Of a stretch of DNA of 32,000 nt, positions 7,987 to 16,039 are shown piece after piece. A program made the position numbers and the translations under genes. Source of the DNA: Thermoproteus tenax Kra 1 (GTDB lineage Archaea > Thermoproteota > Thermoprotei > Thermoproteales > Thermoproteaceae); contig NC_016070.1 of assembly GCF_000253055.1 (NCBI RefSeq), forward strand, positions 660,001-692,000. Reading direction: 5' to 3'. Below the pieces are notes generated by a model. That model saw only the letters and a program-made list of their open reading frames with translations, did no database searches and had not been told where the DNA came from. How positions within the stretch are numbered: position 1 is the stretch's first letter; every line of letters starts with the position of its first letter.

Positions 7987-8034
7987 GTGATGACCTAAGG
8001 GTCTCACGATTAGTGAAGAGGCTCAGAGGACTGA
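7987..8034 (+). ncRNA. Candidate C/D-box sRNA
   Basis: GUGAUGA-CCUAAGGGUCUC(12)-ACGA-UUA-GUGAAGA-GGCUCAGAGGA(11)-CUGA. TATA-like CTTTTTATCC at 7958-7967, about 25 nt upstream. Confidence 0.5.
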
Positions 8035-8168
8035 CGACGATTCCTCCTCTTCATATATGCAGCTATATTGTGTAGATTGGATATGAACAATAGCAGCAGA
8101 CCGAAGAAGACGAGGCTGTCCTCTCCGCTTATGGCCCCCAACACTACTAACATGGCCCCGTATGACAT
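8010..8168 (-). CDS. Possible small hydrophobic protein (52 aa; below ORF-track threshold)
   Basis: My translation: MSYGAMLVVLGAISGEDSLVFFGLLLLFISNLHNIAAYMKRRNRRQSSEPLH (hydrophobic stretches then a basic tail). TATATAA on the minus strand at 8177-8171. Alternative starts at GTG 8186 and ATG 8153. Confidence 0.2.
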   Translation of the reverse strand: MSYGAMLVVLGAISGEDSLVFFGLLLLFISNLHNIAAYMKRRNRRQSSEPLH

Positions 8169-8221
8169 TGTTATATACACGAACACAACGAGGCAATGGT
8201 CCCAGAATATAAGGGCGACGC

Positions 8222-9520
8222 TTAGCAGATCTCGATCGGCTCAACGAGCAGAGGGCTTCCTGTCTCGACAACCCTCACTCTGCATCCCTTCTTCACTGGG
8301 GCGCGCGCTGTTGCCTTCCAGTACTCGCCCATGATTATGACATAGCCTGTGCTGCCCGGCGCTATGTCGTCAACCGCAGTGCCCTCCATACCCTTAAGGG
8401 TCAATAGCCGCTCCGATAGCGGGCGCCTCAAGTGGACCGATACAGCCTTCCACGCTATAAACGCAACGAGCCCCACTAAGAGCGATAGAAGAGCGAAGGC
8501 TGCTCCCATCAACGTCCAATAGTTCGTTATAACAATGGGCTGTCCCTGTAGTTGAACGGGGGGGAACAAACTTAGGAAGCTCAACACTATCAGAGCGGCG
8601 CCCAGTCCCTCCAACACGCCGTGGGTGTATCCGCCGGAGAGCATGCCAACGAAAAGGAGGGCCACGCCCATGATAAAGAGAGCCACCCACACCCAACTTG
8701 TTGATATAAACGGCAGAACCGAGAGGATAAACAAGACGACTCCCAGCGCGGCGAGATGCGGGTGGCCCGTAGCCAGCGCTGCTATGATCACGAATAGGGC
8801 CAACAGCGAGAGGACGCTTTCCACTACGTCGTTCATGAGCCACATCTGTATCATCTCGCCGAGCGTCGGCTCGACTTGAACTACGGCCGGGCTCTCCACT
8901 ATTATGACCATTCTGTGGCCTCCCACTATAGCCTGCGTCCCGTTTATCTCTTGCAACAGCTCGCCTAAGTCCTTAGCTATATAGTTTATTACGTGGTACT
9001 TCAGCGCCTCGTAAGCGTTTAAGTTTATGTTCCTCTCTACGCAAAGATAGGCGTAAGTCCCATTTCTCCCATAGGACGCCATAACTGTCGCGAGATACTC
9101 GGCGAAGGCGTTCAGAACTTTGCTCTCGTTGATAGGCGTTAAGCCCTCTACAGGCTGGCACGAGCCTATGACCGTATGAGGCGCCATGGCGGCTATCGGA
9201 GAGGAGAGGAGCAGATAGGTGCCGCCTGACCACGCATATCCGTAATCTGGGTATACATAACCTATTACCGGCACGGGCGAAGACCCGATCAATTGAATGG
9301 CTTGCAACGTCGACTCAGCGAGCCCGCCCGGCGTGTTTAACAATATGAGCACAGCGCCAGACGAGCGTTGAGCAAGCTCTATGGCGCGCGATATCTGTGA
9401 GACTGTATAAGGCCCTATCGTGCTATCGACCCTCACTACGTACACGTTCTTTACATAGTAAATTGTCTGGGCGCACAAAAACGCGCTTAATAAAACCAAG
9501 ACCAGTAGCAGATATCTCAC
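8222..9520 (-). CDS. NfeD-family membrane-bound serine protease (ClpP-class, stomatin-operon partner)
   Basis: N-terminal ClpP-like domain (LLNTPGGL...YAWSGGTYL), a central block of multiple TM segments, and a C-terminal NfeD beta-barrel (GMEGTAVDDIAPGSTGYVIIMGEYWKA). 4-nt overlap with the stomatin gene. Confidence 0.85.
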   Translation of the reverse strand: MRYLLLVLVLLSAFLCAQTIYYVKNVYVVRVDSTIGPYTVSQISRAIELAQRSSGAVLILLNTPGGLAESTLQAIQLIGSSPVPVIGYVYPDYGYAWSGGTYLLLSSPIAAMAPHTVIGSCQPVEGLTPINESKVLNAFAEYLATVMASYGRNGTYAYLCVERNINLNAYEALKYHVINYIAKDLGELLQEINGTQAIVGGHRMVIIVESPAVVQVEPTLGEMIQMWLMNDVVESVLSLLALFVIIAALATGHPHLAALGVVLFILSVLPFISTSWVWVALFIMGVALLFVGMLSGGYTHGVLEGLGAALIVLSFLSLFPPVQLQGQPIVITNYWTLMGAAFALLSLLVGLVAFIAWKAVSVHLRRPLSERLLTLKGMEGTAVDDIAPGSTGYVIIMGEYWKATARAPVKKGCRVRVVETGSPLLVEPIEIC

Positions 9521-10356
9521 TGTCCCTGCTGTTGATCAGTCTGTCCTTGTCTATTCTGCATAGATCTCGCCAACGCTGCCGGAAGGGCGACGAACTCCAA
9601 CGAAGATGGAGTAACGATTATCAGGTTGTGTTCTCTGGCCATTTCCAACAAAGCGTCTATCTGTCTCAGTTGGACGGCCACTGGGTTCTTGGCGTATGTA
9701 TCGGCTGCCTCTAAATAGATCTTGCTGGCCTCGTACTCGGCCGAGGCTATAGTTATCTTGGCTCTACGTAGGCGCTCGGCCTCGGCTTGAGAGGCCATAG
9801 CTCTGACGAGAGACTCAGGCAATCTGATGTCGCGTATGGCCACCCCTGTCACCTTCACGCCCCACGGAGTGACGTGTTCGTCGACTATATCGGCTATTTT
9901 CTTGGCTATTTCCTCTCTATGAGTCAACAGAGTGTCTAGGTCGACCATGCCCACTACGTCGCGTAGTGTAGCTGCGGCGAATGTGGCCACAGCGGGGACG
10001 TGGTTCTTAACGGTCACGGCGACCTTGAGGGGGTCTATAACTCTGAGATAGACGGCTGCATCTATAGTGACCTCGACGTTGTCCTTAGTGAGAGCCTTCT
10101 GTTGAGGCACATCGACGACCTCGATGCGTAGATCATATCTAATTATTGAGTCTATTATCGGCACAATGAAGACGAGGCCAGGCCCCAAGAGGCCCGTGAT
10201 CCTCCCCAGTCTGAAGCGAACTGCGCGCTGATACTCAGGGATTACTTTGATTGAGGAGGCCAACAGCGCGATTATTATTATAAAGACGATAAACGCCGCC
10301 ACCGCTGCCAAGACCAACCCTATTTGTAGAAACATAGTTAAATCTTGAAGGGACAA
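9517..10356 (-). CDS. SPFH/Band-7 stomatin-like protein
   Basis: N-terminal TM then the SPFH core (PEYQRAVRFRLGRITGLLGPGLVFIVPIID...DVPQQKALTKDNVEVTIDAAVY). TATA-like ATAAATTTATTT upstream. Confidence 0.9.
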   Translation of the reverse strand: MSLQDLTMFLQIGLVLAAVAAFIVFIIIIALLASSIKVIPEYQRAVRFRLGRITGLLGPGLVFIVPIIDSIIRYDLRIEVVDVPQQKALTKDNVEVTIDAAVYLRVIDPLKVAVTVKNHVPAVATFAAATLRDVVGMVDLDTLLTHREEIAKKIADIVDEHVTPWGVKVTGVAIRDIRLPESLVRAMASQAEAERLRRAKITIASAEYEASKIYLEAADTYAKNPVAVQLRQIDALLEMAREHNLIIVTPSSLEFVALPAALARSMQNRQGQTDQQQGQ

Positions 10357-10509
10357 ATAAATTTATGGGGACGTCGTGGGGACGGTCTGAAAGTGATGAG
10401 AGACCCGCGCTACCGACGAACATCATCGGGAGCCCCAACTGGGGATCGTATGCGTTTTAGGCTATGCCGAGACCGGGAGATGCAGAAAGCGCAAGTGAAT
10501 GTGCTACAA

Positions 10510-11112
10510 TTACGCGCTAAACGATGTTATGATCTTTCTTCTGATGAAGTCTTCCCTCTCTTGTTCCTCCAAGGCTAGTGTGATATACCTTATCGTGTCT
10601 TGGATTCTGGGCACTATCACGTAGTCTATGGCGTTTATCATCCTCTGATATTCTCTGACTCTGTTGAGCAACGCGTAAAATAATGTCTCCTTCTCGGCGA
10701 AAGAGAGGAGCTTGGGCAGAAGCTCCCTCATTTTAACAAGTGCTAGATCTAGCTCGGGCGCCTCTGCCATAAGGCTGTAGATCGGATATTTTCCGTAATT
10801 CTCGACCTCAAGACCCAGATACATACCGCGATTGACTGTGACGACGTTAGCGACCTTCGGCGTTATCTCGGCCAACATGTCGACTCTGTCTATTCCTTCC
10901 TTGGCTACAGCCATCTTGTACAACTCGGAGATCTCGGAGAAACTCGCAGCTATCTCCGCTCTATCCCTCTCGAGCTCTGCTATCAGAGCTCTGATCCTCT
11001 GGATAGTGCTGTTCCTGGCGTCGACCAACGTTTTCTTAATCCTCAGAAAGAGCTGCAAACGTCTCCTCTGGTTTATCAGCTCCAGACGAGAAGGGCTAAC
11101 TCGCGATGACAC
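10510..11112 (-). CDS. atpD: A/V-type ATP synthase subunit D (central stalk)
   Basis: VSPSRLELINQRRRLQLFLRIKKTLVDARN... matches the subunit-D N-terminus. Track ORF extends to TTG 11133. GTG 11112 lies about 25 nt downstream of the TTTTTAAAG block at 11134-11142. Confidence 0.8.
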   Translation of the reverse strand: MSSRVSPSRLELINQRRRLQLFLRIKKTLVDARNSTIQRIRALIAELERDRAEIAASFSEISELYKMAVAKEGIDRVDMLAEITPKVANVVTVNRGMYLGLEVENYGKYPIYSLMAEAPELDLALVKMRELLPKLLSFAEKETLFYALLNRVREYQRMINAIDYVIVPRIQDTIRYITLALEEQEREDFIRRKIITSFSA

Positions 11113-11239
11113 CGAGAAGGCGGTACAGCGCAATTTTTAAAGATTCCGTCAAGCGAGACGCTTGGCCTTAACTCCCGGCGGCCAGAATCCGAGCGTCGCG
11201 AGGAGCACATAGTTAAAAACCCCTGTTGTTGTTTGAACA

Positions 11240-11392
11240 GTGTCGGTTAAAAGCCTAGAGATTCAAATAAAAGAGCTAGTGGATAAAGAGCTCGAAAAAA
11301 TTATAATTCAGGCAAGGAAAGAGCTTGAAGAATCTATAAAAGAATTGGATTCGCAATTGGAAAAACTGAAACAATATTTAAAAGGAGCCTAA
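11240..11392 (+). CDS. Small coiled-coil ORF (50 aa) upstream of atpK; possibly a stalk-subunit-like (H/G-type) peptide
   Basis: My translation from GTG 11240: VSVKSLEIQIKELVDKELEKIIIQARKELEESIKELDSQLEKLKQYLKGA*. TATA-like GTTAAAAA about 29 nt upstream. Ends 12 nt before the atpK ATG, with a GGAG just upstream of that ATG. Confidence 0.35.
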   Translation: MSVKSLEIQIKELVDKELEKIIIQARKELEESIKELDSQLEKLKQYLKGA

Positions 11393-11404
11393 ATTCGAGA
11401 TGCC

Positions 11405-11677
11405 ATGAAGCTAAGGTATATAACCTATCTCTTGTTGCTAAGCGCTGTTGCGTTGGCGCAGTCGACGAATCCCGGCAATCAATACATTGGAGCTGGTATA
11501 GCCATGGGGTTGGCAGGACTGGGCGCCGGCATTGGCGTCGGAATAGCTGGGGCCGCCGCCATATCGGCCCTTGTGGAGAGACCTCAAGAGCGCGTCTGGT
11601 ATCTAATATTCGTCGCGCTAGCTGAGGCAATAGCTATCTACGGCCTGCTGGTAAGCTTTATACTGGCCGCTAAATAA
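11405..11677 (+). CDS. atpK: A/V-type ATP synthase proteolipid subunit K (c-ring)
   Basis: Gly-rich helix GAGIAMGLAGLGAGIGVGIAGAAAI and a second helix with the conserved carboxylate (FVALAEAIAIYGLL). Confidence 0.9.
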   Translation: MKLRYITYLLLLSAVALAQSTNPGNQYIGAGIAMGLAGLGAGIGVGIAGAAAISALVERPQERVWYLIFVALAEAIAIYGLLVSFILAAK

Positions 11678-12719
11678 TAGTTAAAGGCGCGAAGTAACTA
11701 CGCCTTTTTTCTACGGAGACGCCCTCAACCAACATGGCTGCCGATTTTATTATCAACATCGTCTCGGCCCTTGCATATTCTAGCTCTGCCAAGAGCGCCC
11801 CCAAGGAGAACTCGGAACATTCAGCCACACAGATGTCAGCGAGACGCCTCATTATAGCTGGATAGGCGTTGTCTAGGGCGACTGAGAGGTTCTCGAAGGT
11901 GGGCTCCTCGGAGACCAACGACGTTATTACTTGGCCCCAGGGCCTTAGATTCGAGATCAAGTCCAGCGTCCTGGCGATCTCGCCCCTAGCTATTGAATCG
12001 AAGATATCTCTAAGAAGGCCGGACGGCATACCTACAGTGAGAGAGGCCAACTCCTCCTGCGAGAGGCCCCACAGCTTCGCCCTCACCGCCAACATCAGAT
12101 CAAAGTACGCGATCAACGCCGAGATAAGCCTCTCAAGAGACCTATCTTTGGACTCCTTGAGCGATTTTGTATAATCAATTATCCACTGTCTATCGATGAA
12201 GATGGCCGATTTATCGTAGCCGAACTTCTGCATTAGGTCGAAGGCCTCTGAGGCAGGATGGCGCAAGGACTTGAGCCTCTCTCCGACCTCCTCCACGCTC
12301 CTGGCGCTGAGCAAGGACGCGATGATGTAGCGCCTTCCCGTGAACTCCAACGGCTCCCACACGACGAACTCTTCGGGGCTCTTCCCCGATTTTATAGCAG
12401 TGATTATATATTGTATATTTTCATATTCGAAACGCTTGAGATGCAACTTGATGACCTCTCTGCCGTCCTGCGGCGAGCCGAGATATAGGTCTCTAACTCT
12501 GTTCATATATATATGAATTATTTGTTCTCTTAGGTCTTTCAATGTATTTTCATCGAGTTTATCGATCGATATTTGATATTCTGTTGTTCTTAAAATATTC
12601 AAGAATTCGTCTGGAGTATTGGCGTAGGCCAGTGCTATCGCCTTGTCTTTGGGCAAAACTCTTGACTTGAGAGACCGTACCTTTGGGCCTAGGCTCGGCC
12701 TCTTCAATACTGAACTCAT
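11670..12719 (-). CDS. atpC: A/V-type ATP synthase subunit C (V0 d / AC39-like)
   Basis: 349 aa, all-helical, with an AC39-like N-terminus (SRVLPKDKAIALAYANTPDEFLNILRTTEY). 4-nt overlap with the upstream stalk gene. 8-nt convergent overlap with atpK. Confidence 0.75.
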   Translation of the reverse strand: MSSVLKRPSLGPKVRSLKSRVLPKDKAIALAYANTPDEFLNILRTTEYQISIDKLDENTLKDLREQIIHIYMNRVRDLYLGSPQDGREVIKLHLKRFEYENIQYIITAIKSGKSPEEFVVWEPLEFTGRRYIIASLLSARSVEEVGERLKSLRHPASEAFDLMQKFGYDKSAIFIDRQWIIDYTKSLKESKDRSLERLISALIAYFDLMLAVRAKLWGLSQEELASLTVGMPSGLLRDIFDSIARGEIARTLDLISNLRPWGQVITSLVSEEPTFENLSVALDNAYPAIMRRLADICVAECSEFSLGALLAELEYARAETMLIIKSAAMLVEGVSVEKRRSYFAPLTII

Positions 12720-13042
12720 ATGCCGAGCTGTTTTAATACGGCCTCAACAACGTCGTTCTTCTTCCTCTCGTATTTCTCGAGGATCTCGTTCCTTTTTTTC
12801 TCGGCGTCTTGTAAAATCCTAGCGGCCTCCTCCTTGGCCTGCGACAACACGCTCGATCTATACTCATCTATACTTTTCTTTACAATGTTTTCAATTATAT
12901 TATTTATTTCATTTGAATATTTCTCTATAATTGTTTGTATGTTATTTCTTACTTTTTGTTTAACTTGCTCCGTTTCCTTTAACAGTTTATCGACCTCCTC
13001 AAGACTCTTTAAAACTTCGTCGAGCTTAAGCATATTGGGCAC
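12716..13042 (-). CDS. atpH: A/V-type ATP synthase peripheral-stalk subunit (H / G-like)
   Basis: About 105-aa charged coiled coil with ...SQAKEEAARILQDAEKKRNEILEKYE..., typical of subunit H/G. The real start may be ATG 13033 (M4), about 25 nt from the TATA block at 13052-13060. Confidence 0.65.
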   Translation of the reverse strand: MPNMLKLDEVLKSLEEVDKLLKETEQVKQKVRNNIQTIIEKYSNEINNIIENIVKKSIDEYRSSVLSQAKEEAARILQDAEKKRNEILEKYERKKNDVVEAVLKQLGI

Positions 13043-13081
13043 ACTGCCTTGTTTTTATATCTCTTCACTTCGTTCTGTGGG

Positions 13082-13130
13082 ATGACGAGCCCAGGACTGC
13101 CGGACGTATGAAGAGATTTCTCGACCCTGA
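13082..13130 (+). ncRNA. Candidate C/D-box sRNA
   Basis: AUGACGA-GCCCAGGACUGC(12)-CGGA-CGU-AUGAAGA-GAUUUCUCGACC(12)-CUGA, which is canonical C-12-D'-3-C'-12-D spacing. TTTTTATAT at 13052-13060, about 25 nt upstream. Confidence 0.55.
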
Positions 13131-13202
13131 TATACAACGCGAAGGATTCGCCCTTAACTTGGCATCAACAATATAAATATAAAGGGGGAATTCAACACTT
13201 CT

Positions 13203-14015
13203 GTGGCTACAGAGACCGCCTACTATGGAGGCCCTAAGATTCAGGAGAATCTATTCTACGAGACCACGCCTACAGGCGTAGAGGGTCTCGACCAAATTTT
13301 GGGCGGAGGCTTCATTAGGGGCCGCACTTACCTCATATCGGGCGAGACGGGCACAGGCAAAACGTTGATATCTCTGACGTTTCTTCTTCAGGGTGCTCTG
13401 AAGTTCGGAGAGCCAGGCATCTACGTGAGCGTAGATGAGACCTACGAGCAGTTGGTCATGGGGGCCAAGCGTTTTGGGTGGGATTTAGAGGAGCTGAGAG
13501 CGAAGGGTCTCATCGAGGTGTTGGTGCCCGAGATGGATCTGATAGAGAGGATCAGAGAGAAGGATCCCACCGCCATAGCCAAGTCCCTTATAGCTTCCTT
13601 GAGAGACTACGTCGTGGCGTTAAACGCCCAGAGGCTCGTCATAGACCCCATAGCCCCCCTAGTCACTATGGAGAAGGACGTCCAAGTGCTGCGCGAGTAC
13701 ATCCGCGTGCTAGTCATGGGGATAGAGAGAGAAATAGGCACTACTAACATCGTCACGACCGAGATTCCAAGCGGGTCCACTGCCATTAGCCGTTATGGCG
13801 TTGAGGAGTTCTTAGCGACCGGCGTCTTAGTCACAGGTATAGTGAGGACGCGCGATGGGGGATTCAAACGGGTCATCTTCATCAGAAAGATGAGGTGGTC
13901 GCCTGTTCAGCCAGGCGTATATGAATTTGAGATTGTGCCGAAGGAGGGCGTCGTAGTGAAGTCTCAAGTCAAGGAGCCAGTCATGCCTGTGACCTTCTTG
14001 CCCTTCGTTCCGTAG
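13203..14015 (+). CDS. KaiC-like / RecA-superfamily ATPase (single KaiC domain)
   Basis: GVEGLDQILGGGFIRGRTYLISGETGTGKTLISLTFL (Walker A), Walker B RLVIDPI. TATA ATATAAATATAAAG about 25 nt upstream of GTG 13203. Confidence 0.85.
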   Translation: MATETAYYGGPKIQENLFYETTPTGVEGLDQILGGGFIRGRTYLISGETGTGKTLISLTFLLQGALKFGEPGIYVSVDETYEQLVMGAKRFGWDLEELRAKGLIEVLVPEMDLIERIREKDPTAIAKSLIASLRDYVVALNAQRLVIDPIAPLVTMEKDVQVLREYIRVLVMGIEREIGTTNIVTTEIPSGSTAISRYGVEEFLATGVLVTGIVRTRDGGFKRVIFIRKMRWSPVQPGVYEFEIVPKEGVVVKSQVKEPVMPVTFLPFVP

Positions 14016-14018
14016 CTG

Positions 14019-14609
14019 GTGATCTTCATAGCGATCGAGGGAATAGATGGAAGCGGCAAATCCACTGTCATCTCTCTGTTGCGGGAGATGTTGGGGATCT
14101 ATGCGACTAAAGAGCCAAGCTCGGGCCCCATCGGAAGGCTCATAAAGGAGTGGTCGCTCAAGGGAGGGACCCAAGATCCCTATGTAGATGCGCTCCTATT
14201 TGCAGCAGATAGACTCGATCATTATCAGAGGGAGATAGCGCCGGCTCTTGCCAAGGGCTATATAGTTGTAACAGAACGTTATATTGAATCTAGTATTGCA
14301 TACCAAGGCGCAGCAGGTGTCGATATAGGCTTCATAGAGTTAGTGAACTCGAGAGTGCGGAGGCCGGATCTGACCATAATACTCGACATAGATCCCTCTA
14401 AGGCCTTGGAGAGAGTGCGCTTCAGAGGTACAGCCCTTGAGAAGTATGAAAAAATAGAGTTCCTAAGGCGGGTTAGAGCCATATACCTTGATAGAGCTGC
14501 CAAGTTCGGCTACGCCGTGTTGGACGCAGATAGAGGGCCGCGAGAAGTGGCGGAGGACGTCGCAAGGCTGGTGAGAGCTACCCTTTCGCGAGCTCGAGGA
14601 ACCTCCTAA
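14019..14609 (+). CDS. tmk: Thymidylate (dTMP) kinase
   Basis: P-loop IAIEGIDGSGKST and a DR(L/Y)-type motif AADRLDH. LID-region basic residues. Starts 3 nt after the KaiC-like stop. Confidence 0.9.
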   Translation: MIFIAIEGIDGSGKSTVISLLREMLGIYATKEPSSGPIGRLIKEWSLKGGTQDPYVDALLFAADRLDHYQREIAPALAKGYIVVTERYIESSIAYQGAAGVDIGFIELVNSRVRRPDLTIILDIDPSKALERVRFRGTALEKYEKIEFLRRVRAIYLDRAAKFGYAVLDADRGPREVAEDVARLVRATLSRARGTS

Positions 14610-15153
14610 ACAGGCGGAGACCCTTCTTGCCGCTCCTCTCAGGATGGAATTGGACTCCGAAAACCGCTCTCTCCTCGTCGCACACAGCTGCCACATACCT
14701 TTTTCCTAGGTCAATGTAAGCAGCTTCATAGGGCCTGCCGGCGCTCTCTACGCCATAGCTGTGAAGGTAATAGTAATATCCATCCTCGAGGAGGGCGCAG
14801 GCGCCAGTCGATCTAGTGTGCTCCCAACCGATGTGGGGCACTCTGTCTGCGACTATTCTGACCACGCGACCTGGGAAAATGCCCAGGCCTGATCCCTCTC
14901 CCTCCTCGCTGGAATTGAACATGAGCTGCATCCCTAGACAGATGCCCAACATGGGCTTTTGGCCCACATACTCGGAGGCTTGTCTGGCCAGCGCGCTGGC
15001 AGCCGAGAATGTGCCGACGCCCGGCAATATTAGCGCGTCTGCGTCAGCAATCTCGCGCCCTCTGGTCACTACGACTTGTGCGCCAACGCGGGAGAGTGCT
15101 GAGACCAGACTCCCTATATTGCCAACCGTGTAGTCAAGTATTGCGACCCTCAT
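14578..15153 (-). CDS. hisH: Imidazole glycerol phosphate synthase, glutaminase subunit
   Basis: MRVAILDY..GN, PGVGTF, catalytic GICLGMQ, VPHIGW, FHPERSG. Confidence 0.92.
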   Translation of the reverse strand: MRVAILDYTVGNIGSLVSALSRVGAQVVVTRGREIADADALILPGVGTFSAASALARQASEYVGQKPMLGICLGMQLMFNSSEEGEGSGLGIFPGRVVRIVADRVPHIGWEHTRSTGACALLEDGYYYYLHSYGVESAGRPYEAAYIDLGKRYVAAVCDEERAVFGVQFHPERSGKKGLRLFRRFLELAKG

Positions 15154-15992
15154 CTTATCAACTTATTCAGCGGCACTACGACGACGTCCTTAGCTCCCGC
15201 AGCCTTAAGCTTCATAATTAAATCGGGGAGCTGATCCTCGTCGACCACCGAGAAGACCTCGTACATATCCCCTCTCACTAACCTAGCGACGCTGGGCGAC
15301 TCCATTGCGGGCAACACCGAGACTACGTCGGCGATCCTGCCCGCTGGGACGTTGAGGAATATCATCCGCTTGTCCTCCGCCTCAAGATATCCCTTTATAT
15401 ATGTTAATAGTTTTTGGACTATATAGTTGTCTATCTGCTCCCTCTCAACTATAAGTCTGGCCGAGCTGTCCAATATTTTCTCCAAAGGCTCTAGGCCGTG
15501 TAGTGCCAACGTGGTACCTGTGGCCATCACGTCGACGATTACGTCGGCCACGCCCAACAACGGCATCACCTCGACGGAGCCAGACACCTTGACTATCTTG
15601 ACCTTCTTTCCGCGCTCGTCAAAGAAGCGGGACGCTATGTTTACGTACTTCGTGGCTACCTTAGTTCCATCGGGTATCTCGTCTACCGACCTCCACCTAC
15701 CTTTGACTGCTGCAACCACGATGGACCCTCTGCCTATTTTGAGGTCGAGGGCTTCAACCACATCGGCCCCCGATTCCACCACGAAGTCGTGGCCCGTTAT
15801 GCCTGCCGCTACCTTGCCTGCGGCGACGATGGCGGGTATGTCCTCGGGCCTTAGCCTCACGATATTTAAATCCGGCCACGATGTCGGCAGAATTATTGAT
15901 CTCTCATCGGAGGCCAGAAGACTGATGCCGGCCAGCTCCAATAGCCTTATGGTTGGCTCCATCAAACGGCCCTTATTGGGTACGGCGAACAA
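15150..15992 (-). CDS. hisG: ATP phosphoribosyltransferase (long form)
   Basis: MFAVPNKGRLMEPTIRLLELAGI... At 280 aa it includes the C-terminal regulatory domain. 4-nt overlap with hisH. Confidence 0.9.
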   Translation of the reverse strand: MFAVPNKGRLMEPTIRLLELAGISLLASDERSIILPTSWPDLNIVRLRPEDIPAIVAAGKVAAGITGHDFVVESGADVVEALDLKIGRGSIVVAAVKGRWRSVDEIPDGTKVATKYVNIASRFFDERGKKVKIVKVSGSVEVMPLLGVADVIVDVMATGTTLALHGLEPLEKILDSSARLIVEREQIDNYIVQKLLTYIKGYLEAEDKRMIFLNVPAGRIADVVSVLPAMESPSVARLVRGDMYEVFSVVDEDQLPDLIMKLKAAGAKDVVVVPLNKLIR

Positions 15993-16039
15993 TATGGGGA
16001 CTGTCCTTGTTCTGCATGAGGTGGCGAAATCGACTTAAA

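Noticed and set aside
8023-8334. Track ORFs 8023..8271 (-, 82 aa) and 8068..8334 (+, 88 aa)
   Set aside because: They are Arg/Ser-rich with no features, and both overlap the NfeD C-terminus out of frame. They look like shadow ORFs.
10387-10427. CUGA-AA-GUGAUGA and a nearby CAUCAUC in the stomatin-atpD spacer, considered as a C/D-box sRNA
   Set aside because: On neither strand can a full C-12-D'...C'-12-D layout be built. There is no upstream C box at the right distance, the downstream D would have to be CCGA, and the spacers would be 13-15 nt.
11150-11164. Perfect hairpin CAAGCG-AGA-CGCTTG upstream of the atpD and atpK promoters
   Set aside because: It is a short 6-bp stem with a 3-nt loop between two divergent promoters. 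It is too small to interpret and may be chance.
12720-16038. Long antisense ORFs such as 12720..13085 (+), 14816..15133 (+), 15427..16038 (+), and elsewhere 2333..2614 (-), 8394..8843 (-), 21432..21806 (+), 30746..31138 (-), 31318..31767 (-)
   Set aside because: Each lies entirely opposite a CDS with strong family motifs and has Ser/Thr/Ala/Arg-biased shadow-frame composition.
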